DNA of 54,915 bases from a virus (IMGVR_UViG_3300042557_000196:1-54915); one strand, 5' to 3'. Shown: positions 36,707 to 46,955, counted from the first letter of the stretch. Notes: generated from the sequence alone by a model not told the origin. Numbers and translations: made by a program.

Positions 36707-38644
36707 ATGCCCTACGACATTCCGAACTACGCAGACGCCAACTACCCCGACCAGTCTGAGCTGCAATCCGGCAGTCTGAACGATCTCGTCAAGGCTCACA
36801 ACGGCGACGGGGTGACCAGTGGGTGCGCCGTCACGGTGTCCTCTGGGATGAGCCTGTCTGTCGCTTCGGGCGCAGTGACCGTGGCGGGATCGCCTGCCAA
36901 TGTCTCAAGCGGCACTGTCACGATCACCACTGCCAACGCATCCAATCCTCGGATCGACGTTGTGCGTGCCAGCTCCGCTGGCGTTCTGAGTGTCGTTGCT
37001 GGGACTGCTGATCCCAACCCGGCAGAGCCAAAGGCTGGCGACGGATACGTCAAGCTGGCTGCGGTCTACGTTCCCACTGGAGCTACGGCCATCACGTCAG
37101 CGATGCTCTCTGACCGCAGGGTCAACATCACCAGCGCAGGCGGAGGAACAAGCGATCACGGGGCGCTCACTGGCCTCACTGACGACGATCACCCGCAGTA
37201 CCAGCGGGCTGACTCGGTGTTCACGACGACCGACCCGTACACGATCACCGACGAGTCACTTGTGATTACAACTGGAGCTGCGGTCACGCTGCCTGATGCC
37301 GCCACAAATGTTGGACGGATGGTGTCGATTGGCTCCGCTGCACAGTTCGTTACGATCAGCCCCGCAGGCACCGACCTGCTAAATGGAGCTTCCGGCGATT
37401 ACATTCTGCCGACTGGTTCCGGCGTGTCGCTCATCTCTGTGAACATCGGCGGTTGGGGCTGGGGGATCAACAACGAGCAGGGTGCTGTAGCCAACCTCCC
37501 CACTTGGTATGACGTGACCACCGGGCTGAGTCTCGGTACAGAAGGAAATGTTCTCCGTCTTGAACCAACCGGCGGCGGGCTGATTATTCCAACGTGGACG
37601 AACGGCACTCGCACCGAACACGAGTTCCTGTCCGGCACCGGCTGGACTTCCGACGTGCCAGTTCTCGTCCCGGTCAAGAACACGAGCGGCAGCACGATCG
37701 CCAAGGGAGTGCCGGTCTATGCGACTGGCACGGTCGGTGCCACGTCCACCATTGAGATCGCACCGGCCGACGCCGACGATGCCGCCAAGATGCCAGCGAT
37801 CGGCCTCACCGAATCGTCGCTGAACGTCAACGCCACCGGGTTCGTGGTCGTCGTCGGGACACTGCGAGGCGTCAACACGAACGCCTACAGCATCAACCAG
37901 CCGCTCTACGTTTCGACCACGGCAGGCCAGTTGACCGGCACGAAGCCGACCGGGACCTCCGATGCGGTGCAGATGATCGGACTGGTCACTCGGGTCAACA
38001 CGAACAGCGGCGAGATCCTCGTGTTGGCGCAGGGCGCGGACGAGGCTCCGAACGCCATCGACGCCGGGAAGATCACGTCCGGGACGCTCGCCACCGCACG
38101 CCTCGGCAGCGGCACCGCCAGCAGCGGCACGTTCTTGCGTGGCGATCAGACGTGGGCGAGCCCGACCCCGTGGACCGTCATCACGGACACGACGCTCGGT
38201 TCGGCAGCAGCGACGTTCAGCGTCACGGTGACTGGCTACAGCGTGGTAGAGGTCTACCTCACGGGTCGATCAACCGACACCGGGTTCGCAGCCCTCGGGA
38301 TGCGAATGCTGTTCAACTCCGACAGCGGGACCAACTATCTGCACAACAACTCTTCAGCGCAGACCGTCCTCGCACCGGGGTCCGTCCCCGGTTCCCTAAC
38401 CAATACGGACCGGACGGGAATCTGGCAGGCGAGCATCTCGCTAGGTGGTGTCGGGAAATACACGTCGCTCGTCTACCGCAACGCATACGTCACGTCGACA
38501 GGGACAACTGGACTCCCAGCGTCCAGCACCTCTGGGTCGGGCCACTACATCAACACGTCCGCTGCGATCACCTCAATGACCCTCTACCCGTCGTCTGGAA
38601 ACTGGGCGGTCGGGACGAGCCTCCTAGTCCTCGGGAGAGTGTGA
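36707..38644 (+). CDS. Fibre/spike-like structural protein
   Basis: NPRID, DHGALTGLTDDDHPQY and TFLRGDQTWA modules typical of phage fibres. Confidence 0.7.
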   Translation: MPYDIPNYADANYPDQSELQSGSLNDLVKAHNGDGVTSGCAVTVSSGMSLSVASGAVTVAGSPANVSSGTVTITTANASNPRIDVVRASSAGVLSVVAGTADPNPAEPKAGDGYVKLAAVYVPTGATAITSAMLSDRRVNITSAGGGTSDHGALTGLTDDDHPQYQRADSVFTTTDPYTITDESLVITTGAAVTLPDAATNVGRMVSIGSAAQFVTISPAGTDLLNGASGDYILPTGSGVSLISVNIGGWGWGINNEQGAVANLPTWYDVTTGLSLGTEGNVLRLEPTGGGLIIPTWTNGTRTEHEFLSGTGWTSDVPVLVPVKNTSGSTIAKGVPVYATGTVGATSTIEIAPADADDAAKMPAIGLTESSLNVNATGFVVVVGTLRGVNTNAYSINQPLYVSTTAGQLTGTKPTGTSDAVQMIGLVTRVNTNSGEILVLAQGADEAPNAIDAGKITSGTLATARLGSGTASSGTFLRGDQTWASPTPWTVITDTTLGSAAATFSVTVTGYSVVEVYLTGRSTDTGFAALGMRMLFNSDSGTNYLHNNSSAQTVLAPGSVPGSLTNTDRTGIWQASISLGGVGKYTSLVYRNAYVTSTGTTGLPASSTSGSGHYINTSAAITSMTLYPSSGNWAVGTSLLVLGRV

Positions 38645-38892
38645 TGGAACGCACCGACGAGTTCGGTACATGGCAGAGCGACGACGGGTCGTGTTGGGTT
38701 CTCACCCAGCCATCGCAAGCGTTTCGTGATCTCCAGATCCCCGACCCGCTCTACCCACCGCTGGACTCCACCGGGGCGCTGGCGACCCTTCTCGTCGTTG
38801 TTGGTGCGCTTGACCTTGAGGACGCAGCAAACGCTATCCACGAAGAGCCAGCGCACCTTGAGCATGAAGCTCTCGCTTGGGGGCTGGGGTGA
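38644..38892 (+). CDS. Small protein, possible fibre chaperone
   Basis: TGATG coupling to the fibre gene. Confidence 0.55.
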   Translation: MERTDEFGTWQSDDGSCWVLTQPSQAFRDLQIPDPLYPPLDSTGALATLLVVVGALDLEDAANAIHEEPAHLEHEALAWGLG

Positions 38893-39062
38893 AGCTGAAC
38901 TACACCAGCAATCTCAATCTTCAGGCGTTCTTCAACGCGCTCCCTGAGCCTGACGTTGGGTACGTCGCCAAGCTCTCTGAGGACGTTTACTCGGCCAAAC
39001 TGTCGTCCGGGCTTGCAGTCAAGGTGTCAGAGAGTGGCGCCTACAAGGTAGGCGTTTCCTAG
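38889..39062 (+). CDS. Small hypothetical protein
   Basis: GTGA overlap. Confidence 0.45.
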   Translation: MKLNYTSNLNLQAFFNALPEPDVGYVAKLSEDVYSAKLSSGLAVKVSESGAYKVGVS

Positions 39063-39148
39063 CCTTGTGCTGATCCTGACGCTCACGCCCTCTGATCGGC
39101 CAGCGTTAGTCTTGTCTCTACGCCCGGTGACGACGAAGGAGGGCGAGC

Positions 39149-39988
39149 ATGGCCATCGACACCTCTAACTCGTTCATCACCCACGACGCCAATACGACCA
39201 CGTTTCGCTACGTCAGCGGGCGGGAGTTCCCGAGCATCAGGTTGTGGTGGGTTGACGATCAGGACACCCTCATCAACTTTGCGTCTGGCTACACCTTCTC
39301 GCTCACGGTGTCGCGAGGGTCAACGACGTACATCACCAAGACAACCGGCTTTACAGGAGCCGCTGGTTCTGGCACCCCTGACTCTGGCACCCCGAACCTG
39401 ACCATCGCATGGAACTCAGGCGAGCTGGACAGTGGCGTTCTCAACGCTGGGGTCTACCGCATCGACCTTGTGGCCACGTTCACGTCGTCGTCCAAGGAGC
39501 GGTTCCAGACGTTCACGCTGGTGATCGACTCGCCCTCTGACGTGACATGGAACTACACGGGCAACCCTGCTGATTCCAACCGTGACGCCGTGAGGTACTT
39601 GCTTGGCGACACTGACTACAGCGACCAACTCCTGAGCGATCAGGAAATCGACTGGTTGCTCACTGAGAACGGGACGGTCAGGTCAGCCGCCGCCGAAGGT
39701 GCCCTCTCCATCGCCGCTCGGTTTGCGCGGTGCATGGATCGTTCGATTGGCTCTCTTTCGTTCAGCTTCACGCAGCGTTTCGAGCAGTATCAGCGGCTGG
39801 CTGAGGAGCTTCGGCGCAATGTCCGTGCAGAACCGGCAGCCGCATGGTTCTCTGGTTCTAGCCGCAGCGAGAAGCGAGCGCGTGACGAGAACACTGACCG
39901 GGAGCGGACCTTCGCCACCAAGGGAATCCACGACTACTACGGGACCTCTACCTACAACCCGGATGACCCAGTGGACTACGGGCGATGA
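39149..39988 (+). CDS. Head-tail adaptor with extra N-terminal beta domain
   Basis: C-terminal WNYTGNP..RDAVRYLLGDTD..LLSDQEI adaptor-like motif. Confidence 0.7.
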   Translation: MAIDTSNSFITHDANTTTFRYVSGREFPSIRLWWVDDQDTLINFASGYTFSLTVSRGSTTYITKTTGFTGAAGSGTPDSGTPNLTIAWNSGELDSGVLNAGVYRIDLVATFTSSSKERFQTFTLVIDSPSDVTWNYTGNPADSNRDAVRYLLGDTDYSDQLLSDQEIDWLLTENGTVRSAAAEGALSIAARFARCMDRSIGSLSFSFTQRFEQYQRLAEELRRNVRAEPAAAWFSGSSRSEKRARDENTDRERTFATKGIHDYYGTSTYNPDDPVDYGR

Positions 39989-40296
39989 AGTGCTCTAGCG
40001 GCGTTTGGCCCCATCGGGTGACGCTCAAGAAGCGAGCCAGCCTCAACACGTATGGCGAGACTGCGACAGTCTCCAACGTCAGGGTGGTCAATGCATACAT
40101 TGAGCCTGCCGATTCAATCGACCGAAGCACCCAGACCAGTGATGAGAACTACCCTACTCGGGTTATCGTTCAAGACGTTTCTGTAAATCCAGAGGACACG
40201 ATTGTCCTTCCCGATGGTAAGGAACGGATCATCCGTAACGTAGAGCGTTACGACTTCTGGGCCGACCTAGAGCATTCAGTCTTGAGCATCGCATGA
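39985..40296 (+). CDS. Head closure/stopper protein
   Basis: Position and size; N.YGE and D.IVLPDG motifs. Confidence 0.6.
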   Translation: MKCSSGVWPHRVTLKKRASLNTYGETATVSNVRVVNAYIEPADSIDRSTQTSDENYPTRVIVQDVSVNPEDTIVLPDGKERIIRNVERYDFWADLEHSVLSIA

Positions 40297-40655
40297 GCAT
40301 CAGCATCGACATCAAGATTGACAAGTTTGACTCTGTGAAGGGTCAGGCCCGCCAGTACCTCCCTGCTGCCGTGTTTGCAGAGGCGGTGAGGATCATGAAC
40401 GACTCTCAGGCGAACTACGTCCCGGTCCAGACTGGTGAGCTTCGTAGGTCTGGGAAGGTGGAAGAGCCACGAGAGACAGGCTCTGGCTTTGAGGTTACCC
40501 TGAGCTACGGCGCTGATTATGCGCTGTACGTCCACGAAGCTCCACCGGGGTACGGGCAGGGCAAGCGCAAGTTTCTGGAGACACCAGTGAACGCTGCGGC
40601 CCGTGGTATGGACAGTAGGGTTGCTGCACGGCTCAAGCAGTTGTCCGGCTGGTGA
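40293..40655 (+). CDS. HK97 gp10-like tail-completion protein
   Basis: VPVQTGELRRSG, YALYVHE and KFLE motifs. Confidence 0.8.
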   Translation: MSISIDIKIDKFDSVKGQARQYLPAAVFAEAVRIMNDSQANYVPVQTGELRRSGKVEEPRETGSGFEVTLSYGADYALYVHEAPPGYGQGKRKFLETPVNAAARGMDSRVAARLKQLSGW

Positions 40656-40658
40656 TCC

Positions 40659-41057
40659 ATGATTCTGGACGAGGTTGCCACCTACCTTGACACCCAGCTT
40701 GTGACGCTCACTGCTGGCACCAACTTGTTCGCTGGGACGCTGCCTGAGACACCGATTGAGTGCGTCGCCTTGTTTGAGAACCTGTCGATGCCACCAGTGG
40801 AAACGCATGGCGACGGCACGAGGCCGGTCATTGAGAAACCGCGCCTACAGGTGATCGTTCGGTCAACCAACTATTCCTCTGGTCGGGTTCTGATCGACAG
40901 TGTGTGGGAGCAGCTACAGGTTGTTTCCAACGACACGTTGAGTGGGGTCAGGTACTTTCGTATTGCAAGCAGTGACTCCCCGACGTTGCTGAACCGCGAT
41001 GCCAACCAGCGACCTCTCTTCTCGTGCAACTTTGATGTCTGGAAAGAGCTGTCGTGA
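40659..41057 (+). CDS. Tail terminator protein
   Basis: P.LQVIVRS..Y and L.RD.N.RP.FS.NF motifs; position. Confidence 0.75.
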   Translation: MILDEVATYLDTQLVTLTAGTNLFAGTLPETPIECVALFENLSMPPVETHGDGTRPVIEKPRLQVIVRSTNYSSGRVLIDSVWEQLQVVSNDTLSGVRYFRIASSDSPTLLNRDANQRPLFSCNFDVWKELS

Positions 41058-41245
41058 CCGGGCTGTACGGCGACCAGTCGCTACCCGCTGCTGATTCACC
41101 AGTCAGGTGCTACTCGTGCAACAAGATGCTGGCCGAGCTTGTGACGCGGCCTTGGTCGATCCGCTGCCCACGGTGCAAGTCAGTCAACTCTGGTGAGCTA
41201 ACGCAGCAACATGAGAACGACCTACGATCTAGTGAGTTGATCTAA
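41054..41245 (+). CDS. Mu Com-like zinc-ribbon regulator
   Basis: VRC..CNKMLAE..IRCPRCKSVN. Confidence 0.7.
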   Translation: MTGLYGDQSLPAADSPVRCYSCNKMLAELVTRPWSIRCPRCKSVNSGELTQQHENDLRSSELI

Positions 41246-41342
41246 TCCCCCGACGTGCCCTGCTGCGGTGGCCCGGTGCAGCCCTCTGTGACCTTGTGTC
41301 CCGAAGGATCACCACGCTGGCGCAGCTCGTTGCAGGAGCCTC

Positions 41343-41507
41343 ATGCCAGCGAAGAAGCCAGCAGCAACAAAGAAGAGCCAGTACCGGGTGACCTGCGAGT
41401 ACCTCGTCGTTGCTGGCGAGCGTGTGGAGCAGGGAGAAACGGTTGAGCTTCCACTGGCTGTTGGCACTGAGCTTGTTGAGCGTGGTCGTATTGAGGAGGC
41501 TCAGTAA
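41343..41507 (+). CDS. 54-aa protein before the tail tube genes (not in the ORF track)
   Basis: AGGAG then ATG; reads MPAKKPAATKKSQYRVT..GRIEEAQ; TAATG coupling. Confidence 0.65.
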   Translation: MPAKKPAATKKSQYRVTCEYLVVAGERVEQGETVELPLAVGTELVERGRIEEAQ

Positions 41508-42250
41508 TGCCTTTCATCCACGGCAAGTTCACCAACGTCTACTACGACGACAAGAACCTCTCTGCGTACTTCAACACCGCGAGCCGGAACTCGTCAGTCG
41601 AAACTGCCGAAACTACTGTGTTCGGCAAGAGCCACAAGACGTACATCAGTGGACTCAGGGACGGCACTGCGTCCCTGTCCGGTCTGTTCGATGGCGCTGC
41701 TGGAGCTGTTGACGAAGAGCTGGCTGCGAGCCTTGGCTCCTCTTCGTACTACCCGCTGACCATCCTGCCTTCCTCTACGCCTGCCAAGGGCGACACGCTC
41801 TTCCTTGGTCGTGCGATCACCACCAGCTACGAAGTGTCCGCTCCGGTTGGCGACGTGGTGTCCACCAGCGCAGAGTTCCAGTCTGACCTTGGGATGCACA
41901 CTGGCGTGCTGCTTCTGGCTTCCTCCACGAGCATCACCGCCACGGCGTCCACGACGAGCCATGACTTCGGCACGTCGCCCACCCCTCCCACTGCTGGCGG
42001 CTGGGTAGCCTGTCTGCACGTTCTGACCAACACTCGTTCCGCCAACGTCGCGTTCGCCCTTGAGGACTCGTCCGACAACTCAACGTGGGCGAACCTTGGG
42101 ACGTTCACCACTGTCTCGGCTACATCAACTGTCGGACAGACACTGACCATCGTGCCCGACTCTGTGGCCCGCTATGTTCGCGTCACCTACACGGTGTCAG
42201 CGGGAACCGGAGCGATGACCGCAGTGGTCAGCTTCGCACGCATCCTGTAA
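41507..42250 (+). CDS. Tail tube protein paralogue with C-terminal extension
   Basis: N-terminal half is clearly homologous to 42263-42691. Confidence 0.75.
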   Translation: MPFIHGKFTNVYYDDKNLSAYFNTASRNSSVETAETTVFGKSHKTYISGLRDGTASLSGLFDGAAGAVDEELAASLGSSSYYPLTILPSSTPAKGDTLFLGRAITTSYEVSAPVGDVVSTSAEFQSDLGMHTGVLLLASSTSITATASTTSHDFGTSPTPPTAGGWVACLHVLTNTRSANVAFALEDSSDNSTWANLGTFTTVSATSTVGQTLTIVPDSVARYVRVTYTVSAGTGAMTAVVSFARIL

Positions 42251-42262
42251 GGAGGATCAGTC

Positions 42263-42691
42263 ATGCCATTCGTTCACGGCAAGTCCGCATACGTTCTCGT
42301 TGAGGATGGCTCGGGCAGCACCGGCACCGACCGGGACATCTCGGCTTACTGCGACAACGTGTCGCACCCGTTCAGCGTGGAGACTGCCGAAACCACGACG
42401 TTCGGCAAGAGCCACAAGACCTACATTGGCGGTCTGCGAGACACCACGGTGTCGATCAGCGGCAAGTGGGACGCCACTCTGGACGGCTACCTTGCTGGCT
42501 CGTCTGGCATCCTCGGGTACAACGGGACCCGGACGATGGCGGTCGGCCCTGCTGGGAGTACCGCTGGCAACATCAAGTACACCTTTGAGGTCATCATGAC
42601 TTCGTATGAGGTGAGTGCCCCGGTTGGCGACGTGGTGACCTTCTCTGCGGAGTTTCAGGTGAGCGACACGCCGACCCGTGGCACCTTCTAA
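42263..42691 (+). CDS. Major tail tube protein
   Basis: ETAETTTFG..KTYIGGLRD and SYEVSAPVGDVVTFSAEFQ; directly upstream of the chaperone. Confidence 0.8.
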   Translation: MPFVHGKSAYVLVEDGSGSTGTDRDISAYCDNVSHPFSVETAETTTFGKSHKTYIGGLRDTTVSISGKWDATLDGYLAGSSGILGYNGTRTMAVGPAGSTAGNIKYTFEVIMTSYEVSAPVGDVVTFSAEFQVSDTPTRGTF

Positions 42692-42714
42692 TCCAACCTG
42701 ACAAGGGAGACATA

Positions 42715-43107
42715 GTGTCCAATCTTCGTGACCAGATCCTCGCAGCAGATGACCTGACTGCTGAAACCATGACCATCCCTGAGTGGGGTGATGCAGTCAT
42801 CGAAATCCGCACCATGACTGCGGAGGAGCGCACCAACTTCATGGGCCTTGCCTATGACTCCTCAAGTGGTGATCTGAACTTCTCCGTCCTCTACGCCGCC
42901 ATCGTCATCGCTTCGGTCTACGACCCGGAGACTGGCCTTCAGCTCTTCACTCAAGAGGACGGCCATGCCCTTGGCCAGAAGAACGGTGCGATCATGGAGC
43001 GGATCGCCACCAAGGCAATGGAGATGTCCGGGCTGACTGAAGCCGCCGTGGATGATGCGGGAAAAGGCTTCTCCACCGACCCGACCGACGATACCTCTAC
43101 CAACTAG
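42715..43107 (+). CDS. Tail assembly chaperone (G)
   Basis: IPEWG..EIRTMTAEER; lies before the tape measure; contains the slippery site. Confidence 0.85.
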   Translation: MSNLRDQILAADDLTAETMTIPEWGDAVIEIRTMTAEERTNFMGLAYDSSSGDLNFSVLYAAIVIASVYDPETGLQLFTQEDGHALGQKNGAIMERIATKAMEMSGLTEAAVDDAGKGFSTDPTDDTSTN

Positions 43108-43259
43108 CCGAACGACTTGGCAGGACTGTTGAGGAACTACTGAAGGGGTCACCAGCGCACCGCCCGCTCTCTGCGATGGAGCTTGTTGAGTGGATGGCGC
43201 ACGACAAGCTGACCGCTTGGGAGCAGGAGCAGGAAATGAAGAAGGCGAAGAGGGGCTGA
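43059..43259 (+). other. Programmed -1 frameshift G GGA AAA producing the chaperone GT extension
   Basis: Slippery heptamer at 43059-43065; the -1 frame reads RLLHRPDRRYLYQLAERLGRTVEELL..ELVEWMA..KRG to TGA 43259. Confidence 0.9.
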
Positions 43260-43260
43260 C

Positions 43261-46200
43261 GTGATAATCGCAGACCTCGTTGCCAAGCTTCGTGCTGATC
43301 CGTCCGACTTCATCAAGGGTACGGAGCGTGCCCGTGACGAGCTTGGCAGGTTCGTTACTACCGCCAAGACTGCCACTGGCTCTTCTGGCGGCGGTGGCGT
43401 CGTCGGGATGCTCGGGCCTCTCGGCAAGATTGGTGGCCTCGCAGCTACAGCTTTCGCAGGCTTTGGCGCTGCGAGCTTCGCCAAGGAAGCAATCTTCGGG
43501 TTCAACTCCCAGCTTCAGAACGCAGAAATGGCGTTCACCAGCATGATGGGGTCGGGAGAGAAGGCCCAAGCGTTCCTTGGCGACCTCAAGCAGTTCGCCA
43601 TCGCAACGCCGTTTGAGTTCACTGACTTGGTATCTGCGTCGCAGCGCATGACGGCGCTTGGGTTCAGCGCAGAGGACATTCTGCCAGCCCTTCAGAAGGT
43701 TGGAGATGCTTCTGCCGCTATGGGTGGCTCCAAGGACGTGCTGGACGGCGTGATCCGAGCAATGGGCCAGATCAAGATGAAGGGCAAGGTTCAGGCAGAG
43801 GAAATGAACCAGCTCGCAGAACGTGGTATCCCCGGCTGGGAGATGCTTGCCGAGAAGATTGGCGTGAGCATCCCCGAAGCTATGGAGATGTCCAGAAAGG
43901 GGGCTATCGACGCTGACACTGCCATCGCTGCGCTCCTTGAGGGGATGGACAAGCGTTACGGCGGGCTTATGGAGAAGCAGTCGCAAAGCTTCACAGGAGC
44001 TATGTCCAACATCAAGGACGCTGCCATTCAGACCATCGGCGGTGGCTTCAAGCCTCTGTTCGACATTCTCACCAAGGCTGGCGTGGCCTTCGCTGCGTTT
44101 CTTGGCTCAGAGAAGGTCAAGTCGTTCGTTGAGGCCTTTGCCTCTGGCTTCGCCACGGTGATCCAGTTTCTCCTTGACGCTGGCGGCAAGGTCATAGAGT
44201 TCATCAACGGGTTCGGTGGCGTTGGCGCAATCATGGAGTACGTCATCCCGATTGCTGCGGCACTGGCTGGGTATCTCGCCATGACAGGTGCCATCGCTGG
44301 CATCGGGAAGCTCGTCGGGGTCATCTCCAACATTGGCAAGGCGCTCGCTGGGATCATGACTGCGAACCCGATTCTGCTGATCGTGGCTCTCATCATCGGC
44401 GGGTTGGTCCTTGCCTACCAGAAGGTTGAGTGGTTCAGAGATGGGGTCAACACTGCGTTTGCCTTCCTCAAGGACACGGTGATCCCTGCGGTAGTCACGG
44501 GGTTCAAGACGTTCATCGACACGTTCGTTAGTGGCTCCAACTCAATCACCCAGTCAGGCTTTCTCCAGTTCATCCAAGAAGTGGCTATTGGAGCGCGCGA
44601 CTTCTGGGACGCCCTCTACGCCGCTGGGCAGACTGCCGTGAGTTGGGTCAAGGACACTGCATGGCCAGCAATGCAGACGGCGTTTGACGGGATCAAGAGC
44701 GCCATCGAAGCGGTCAAGGGTCCTCTTGAGGACTTTGGCAACTTCTGGACGGAGCGATGGGACGCCATCAAAGAAGCCACAACCAACGTGGTGAACGTCC
44801 TCAAGCCCATTCTTCTTGTTCTCACAGCTCCGTTGTGGCTGCCGATCATCGCTGGCATCAAGATGTTCCAGTGGATTTGGGAGAACGCTGGCGACAAGGT
44901 GATGGAGATTGTTCGCACGCTTGTTGACTTGGTGAAGAACCAGTTTCAGGCGTTCGTCCGAGTGATCGGCGGCGTGATTGACGTGGTGCTTGGGCTGCTG
45001 ACTCTTGACTGGGACCGCATCAAGTCAGGCTTTGGCAACATCGTCGGAGGAATCATCGACGGGTTCAAGAACCTCATTCCTTCGTTGTTCCGCATCTTCC
45101 AGAGCGTGCTGACAATCGTTATCCGCGCCTTCGGTTCCATTGGCGGCTGGCTCCTTGGCTGGCTTGGTGATGTAGCAGGCTGGCTGCTGGAGAAGGGCGC
45201 TGGGCTAGTCACGGGAATGCTCAGTGGGATGCTTGGAGCAATCGGCGGGATCAGGGACTTCTTCCTCAGCCTTCCCGGCACGATCCTTGGCCTGATTGGC
45301 GACGCTGCTTCGTGGCTGCTGGAGAAGGGCAAGGACATTCTCACTGGCTTGTGGGATGGGATAGAGGAGCTTGCGCCAAAGGTTTGGAGCTGGTTCTCTG
45401 ATCTTCCGGGCAAGGTGATCGACCACATCGGCTCTGTAAACCGAACGCTGCGCGAAAAGGGCATCCAGCTCATCACTGGTCTGCGCGACGGAATCGTTGA
45501 GTGGGTGCCGAATATTTGGAACTGGCTCAAGTCTTTCCCCGGTAACGTCCTCGCCTTCATCGGCAACCTTGGCTCGACTTTGCTGAATAAGGGCATTGAC
45601 CTCGTGACTGGATTGGTCAGCGGATTGCTCAATGCGGCTCCCCGTGTCTGGAGCTTCATCTCTGGCATCCCCGGCAACGTGCTGCGCTTCATCGGAAGCC
45701 TTATCTCAACGCTGCTGGACAAGGGTAGCGACCTCATGACTGGCCTGAAGAATGGCATTACATCTGCTTGGGAGAGCGTCAGGAGCTGGGTGGCAGACAT
45801 ACCAGACAAGCTCTCAAAGGCCGTCGGCAGCTTGTCCAGCGTTCTGTATGGAGCTGGTCGCAATCTTGTAGACGGGCTCAAGAACGGCATTTCCGCCGCT
45901 TGGAGTGGTGTTTCAAGCTTCGTTCAGGAGCAGATCAACAAGATCCCTTCAATCATCCGCCGCCTCATGGGCATCGACTCGCCCTCCAAGGTGATGATGA
46001 AGATTGGCACCCAGATTGGAGATGGCCTATTCCTTGGCCTTCAGGACGGTTTCTCCAAGGTTGACGGGCTGGTCGGCACTGCTTCAGCTAGCCTGACGCC
46101 TTCGATCACCGGCAGCCTCATGGCCAGTGCTGGGCAGGCAGTTGCCGCTGGCTCTACGCCGGGGTGGGCTGGCGCTGGCTCTGCTACCTACGTCATCAAC

Positions 46201-46302
46201 GTCAACACTGGCGTGGGGGACGGGGTTGAGATCGGCAGGACCGTGGTGGACTACATCACCACCTACGAGCGAGTGAACGGGAAGGGCTGGCGAGCAGCAT
46301 GA
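43261..46302 (+). CDS. Tape measure protein
   Basis: 1013 aa; FAIATPFE and GKVQAEEMNQLAERGIP; periodic Trp/Phe repeats; GIDSPSKV. Confidence 0.95.
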   Translation: MIIADLVAKLRADPSDFIKGTERARDELGRFVTTAKTATGSSGGGGVVGMLGPLGKIGGLAATAFAGFGAASFAKEAIFGFNSQLQNAEMAFTSMMGSGEKAQAFLGDLKQFAIATPFEFTDLVSASQRMTALGFSAEDILPALQKVGDASAAMGGSKDVLDGVIRAMGQIKMKGKVQAEEMNQLAERGIPGWEMLAEKIGVSIPEAMEMSRKGAIDADTAIAALLEGMDKRYGGLMEKQSQSFTGAMSNIKDAAIQTIGGGFKPLFDILTKAGVAFAAFLGSEKVKSFVEAFASGFATVIQFLLDAGGKVIEFINGFGGVGAIMEYVIPIAAALAGYLAMTGAIAGIGKLVGVISNIGKALAGIMTANPILLIVALIIGGLVLAYQKVEWFRDGVNTAFAFLKDTVIPAVVTGFKTFIDTFVSGSNSITQSGFLQFIQEVAIGARDFWDALYAAGQTAVSWVKDTAWPAMQTAFDGIKSAIEAVKGPLEDFGNFWTERWDAIKEATTNVVNVLKPILLVLTAPLWLPIIAGIKMFQWIWENAGDKVMEIVRTLVDLVKNQFQAFVRVIGGVIDVVLGLLTLDWDRIKSGFGNIVGGIIDGFKNLIPSLFRIFQSVLTIVIRAFGSIGGWLLGWLGDVAGWLLEKGAGLVTGMLSGMLGAIGGIRDFFLSLPGTILGLIGDAASWLLEKGKDILTGLWDGIEELAPKVWSWFSDLPGKVIDHIGSVNRTLREKGIQLITGLRDGIVEWVPNIWNWLKSFPGNVLAFIGNLGSTLLNKGIDLVTGLVSGLLNAAPRVWSFISGIPGNVLRFIGSLISTLLDKGSDLMTGLKNGITSAWESVRSWVADIPDKLSKAVGSLSSVLYGAGRNLVDGLKNGISAAWSGVSSFVQEQINKIPSIIRRLMGIDSPSKVMMKIGTQIGDGLFLGLQDGFSKVDGLVGTASASLTPSITGSLMASAGQAVAAGSTPGWAGAGSATYVINVNTGVGDGVEIGRTVVDYITTYERVNGKGWRAA

Positions 46303-46955
46303 CCTACTCAAGCAACTACACGAACCGGACCTCAATCTTCGACACTGGCGACGTGATTGAGGGCGATCACGTCAAGTCGCTGTACGACGAGCTTGGTCAG
46401 TCGCCCGGAAACCTGCTGGACAACCTGTCTCCCTATGTCTCTGGCTGGTGGGTTTCCTCGGCTGGCGGGGCGAATGGGAGCGTTACTGCTACTGCTGCAA
46501 GGATGACCCTCACCCCGCTTGTTGTAGCGCAGTCCAGTGCGTCGATTGACAGAGCAGCAGTCCAGATCATCACCACTGCTGGCTCTGCTGGCTCTGTCAT
46601 CAGGCTTGGCATCTACGGCAGCTCCTACGGAATGCCAAGTGGGGCGCCCATTGCTGATTGGGGCACGGTATCTGGCACCTCTATCGCAGTGCCTGAGCTG
46701 TCAATCACCACGCTCAGCCTGACTCGTGGGCTGTACTGGCTTGCAGCAGCAACTCAGGGCGCACCTGCAACCGAGCCAACGGTTCGATACTCCACGTCAT
46801 CGAACTGGCCACTGGCAATCGGGAACACGGCTACGACAGGAATCTCTGCCGCTACCGGGCTGTACTTGTCTGGCGTTACCGGAGCATTGCCAACCATCAC
46901 TTCGGTCACTGGGTCGATCGCTACTCCAACCTTGGTCGCAGTCAGGTACGTCTGA
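46299..46955 (+). CDS. Minor tail protein
   Basis: ATGA overlap with the tape measure; beta-rich. Confidence 0.65.
   Translation: MTYSSNYTNRTSIFDTGDVIEGDHVKSLYDELGQSPGNLLDNLSPYVSGWWVSSAGGANGSVTATAARMTLTPLVVAQSSASIDRAAVQIITTAGSAGSVIRLGIYGSSYGMPSGAPIADWGTVSGTSIAVPELSITTLSLTRGLYWLAAATQGAPATEPTVRYSTSSNWPLAIGNTATTGISAATGLYLSGVTGALPTITSVTGSIATPTLVAVRYV

Noticed and set aside
43059-43259. Frameshift after the tail chaperone as a sequencing error or novelty
   Set aside because: It is the canonical programmed -1 frameshift of long-tailed phages
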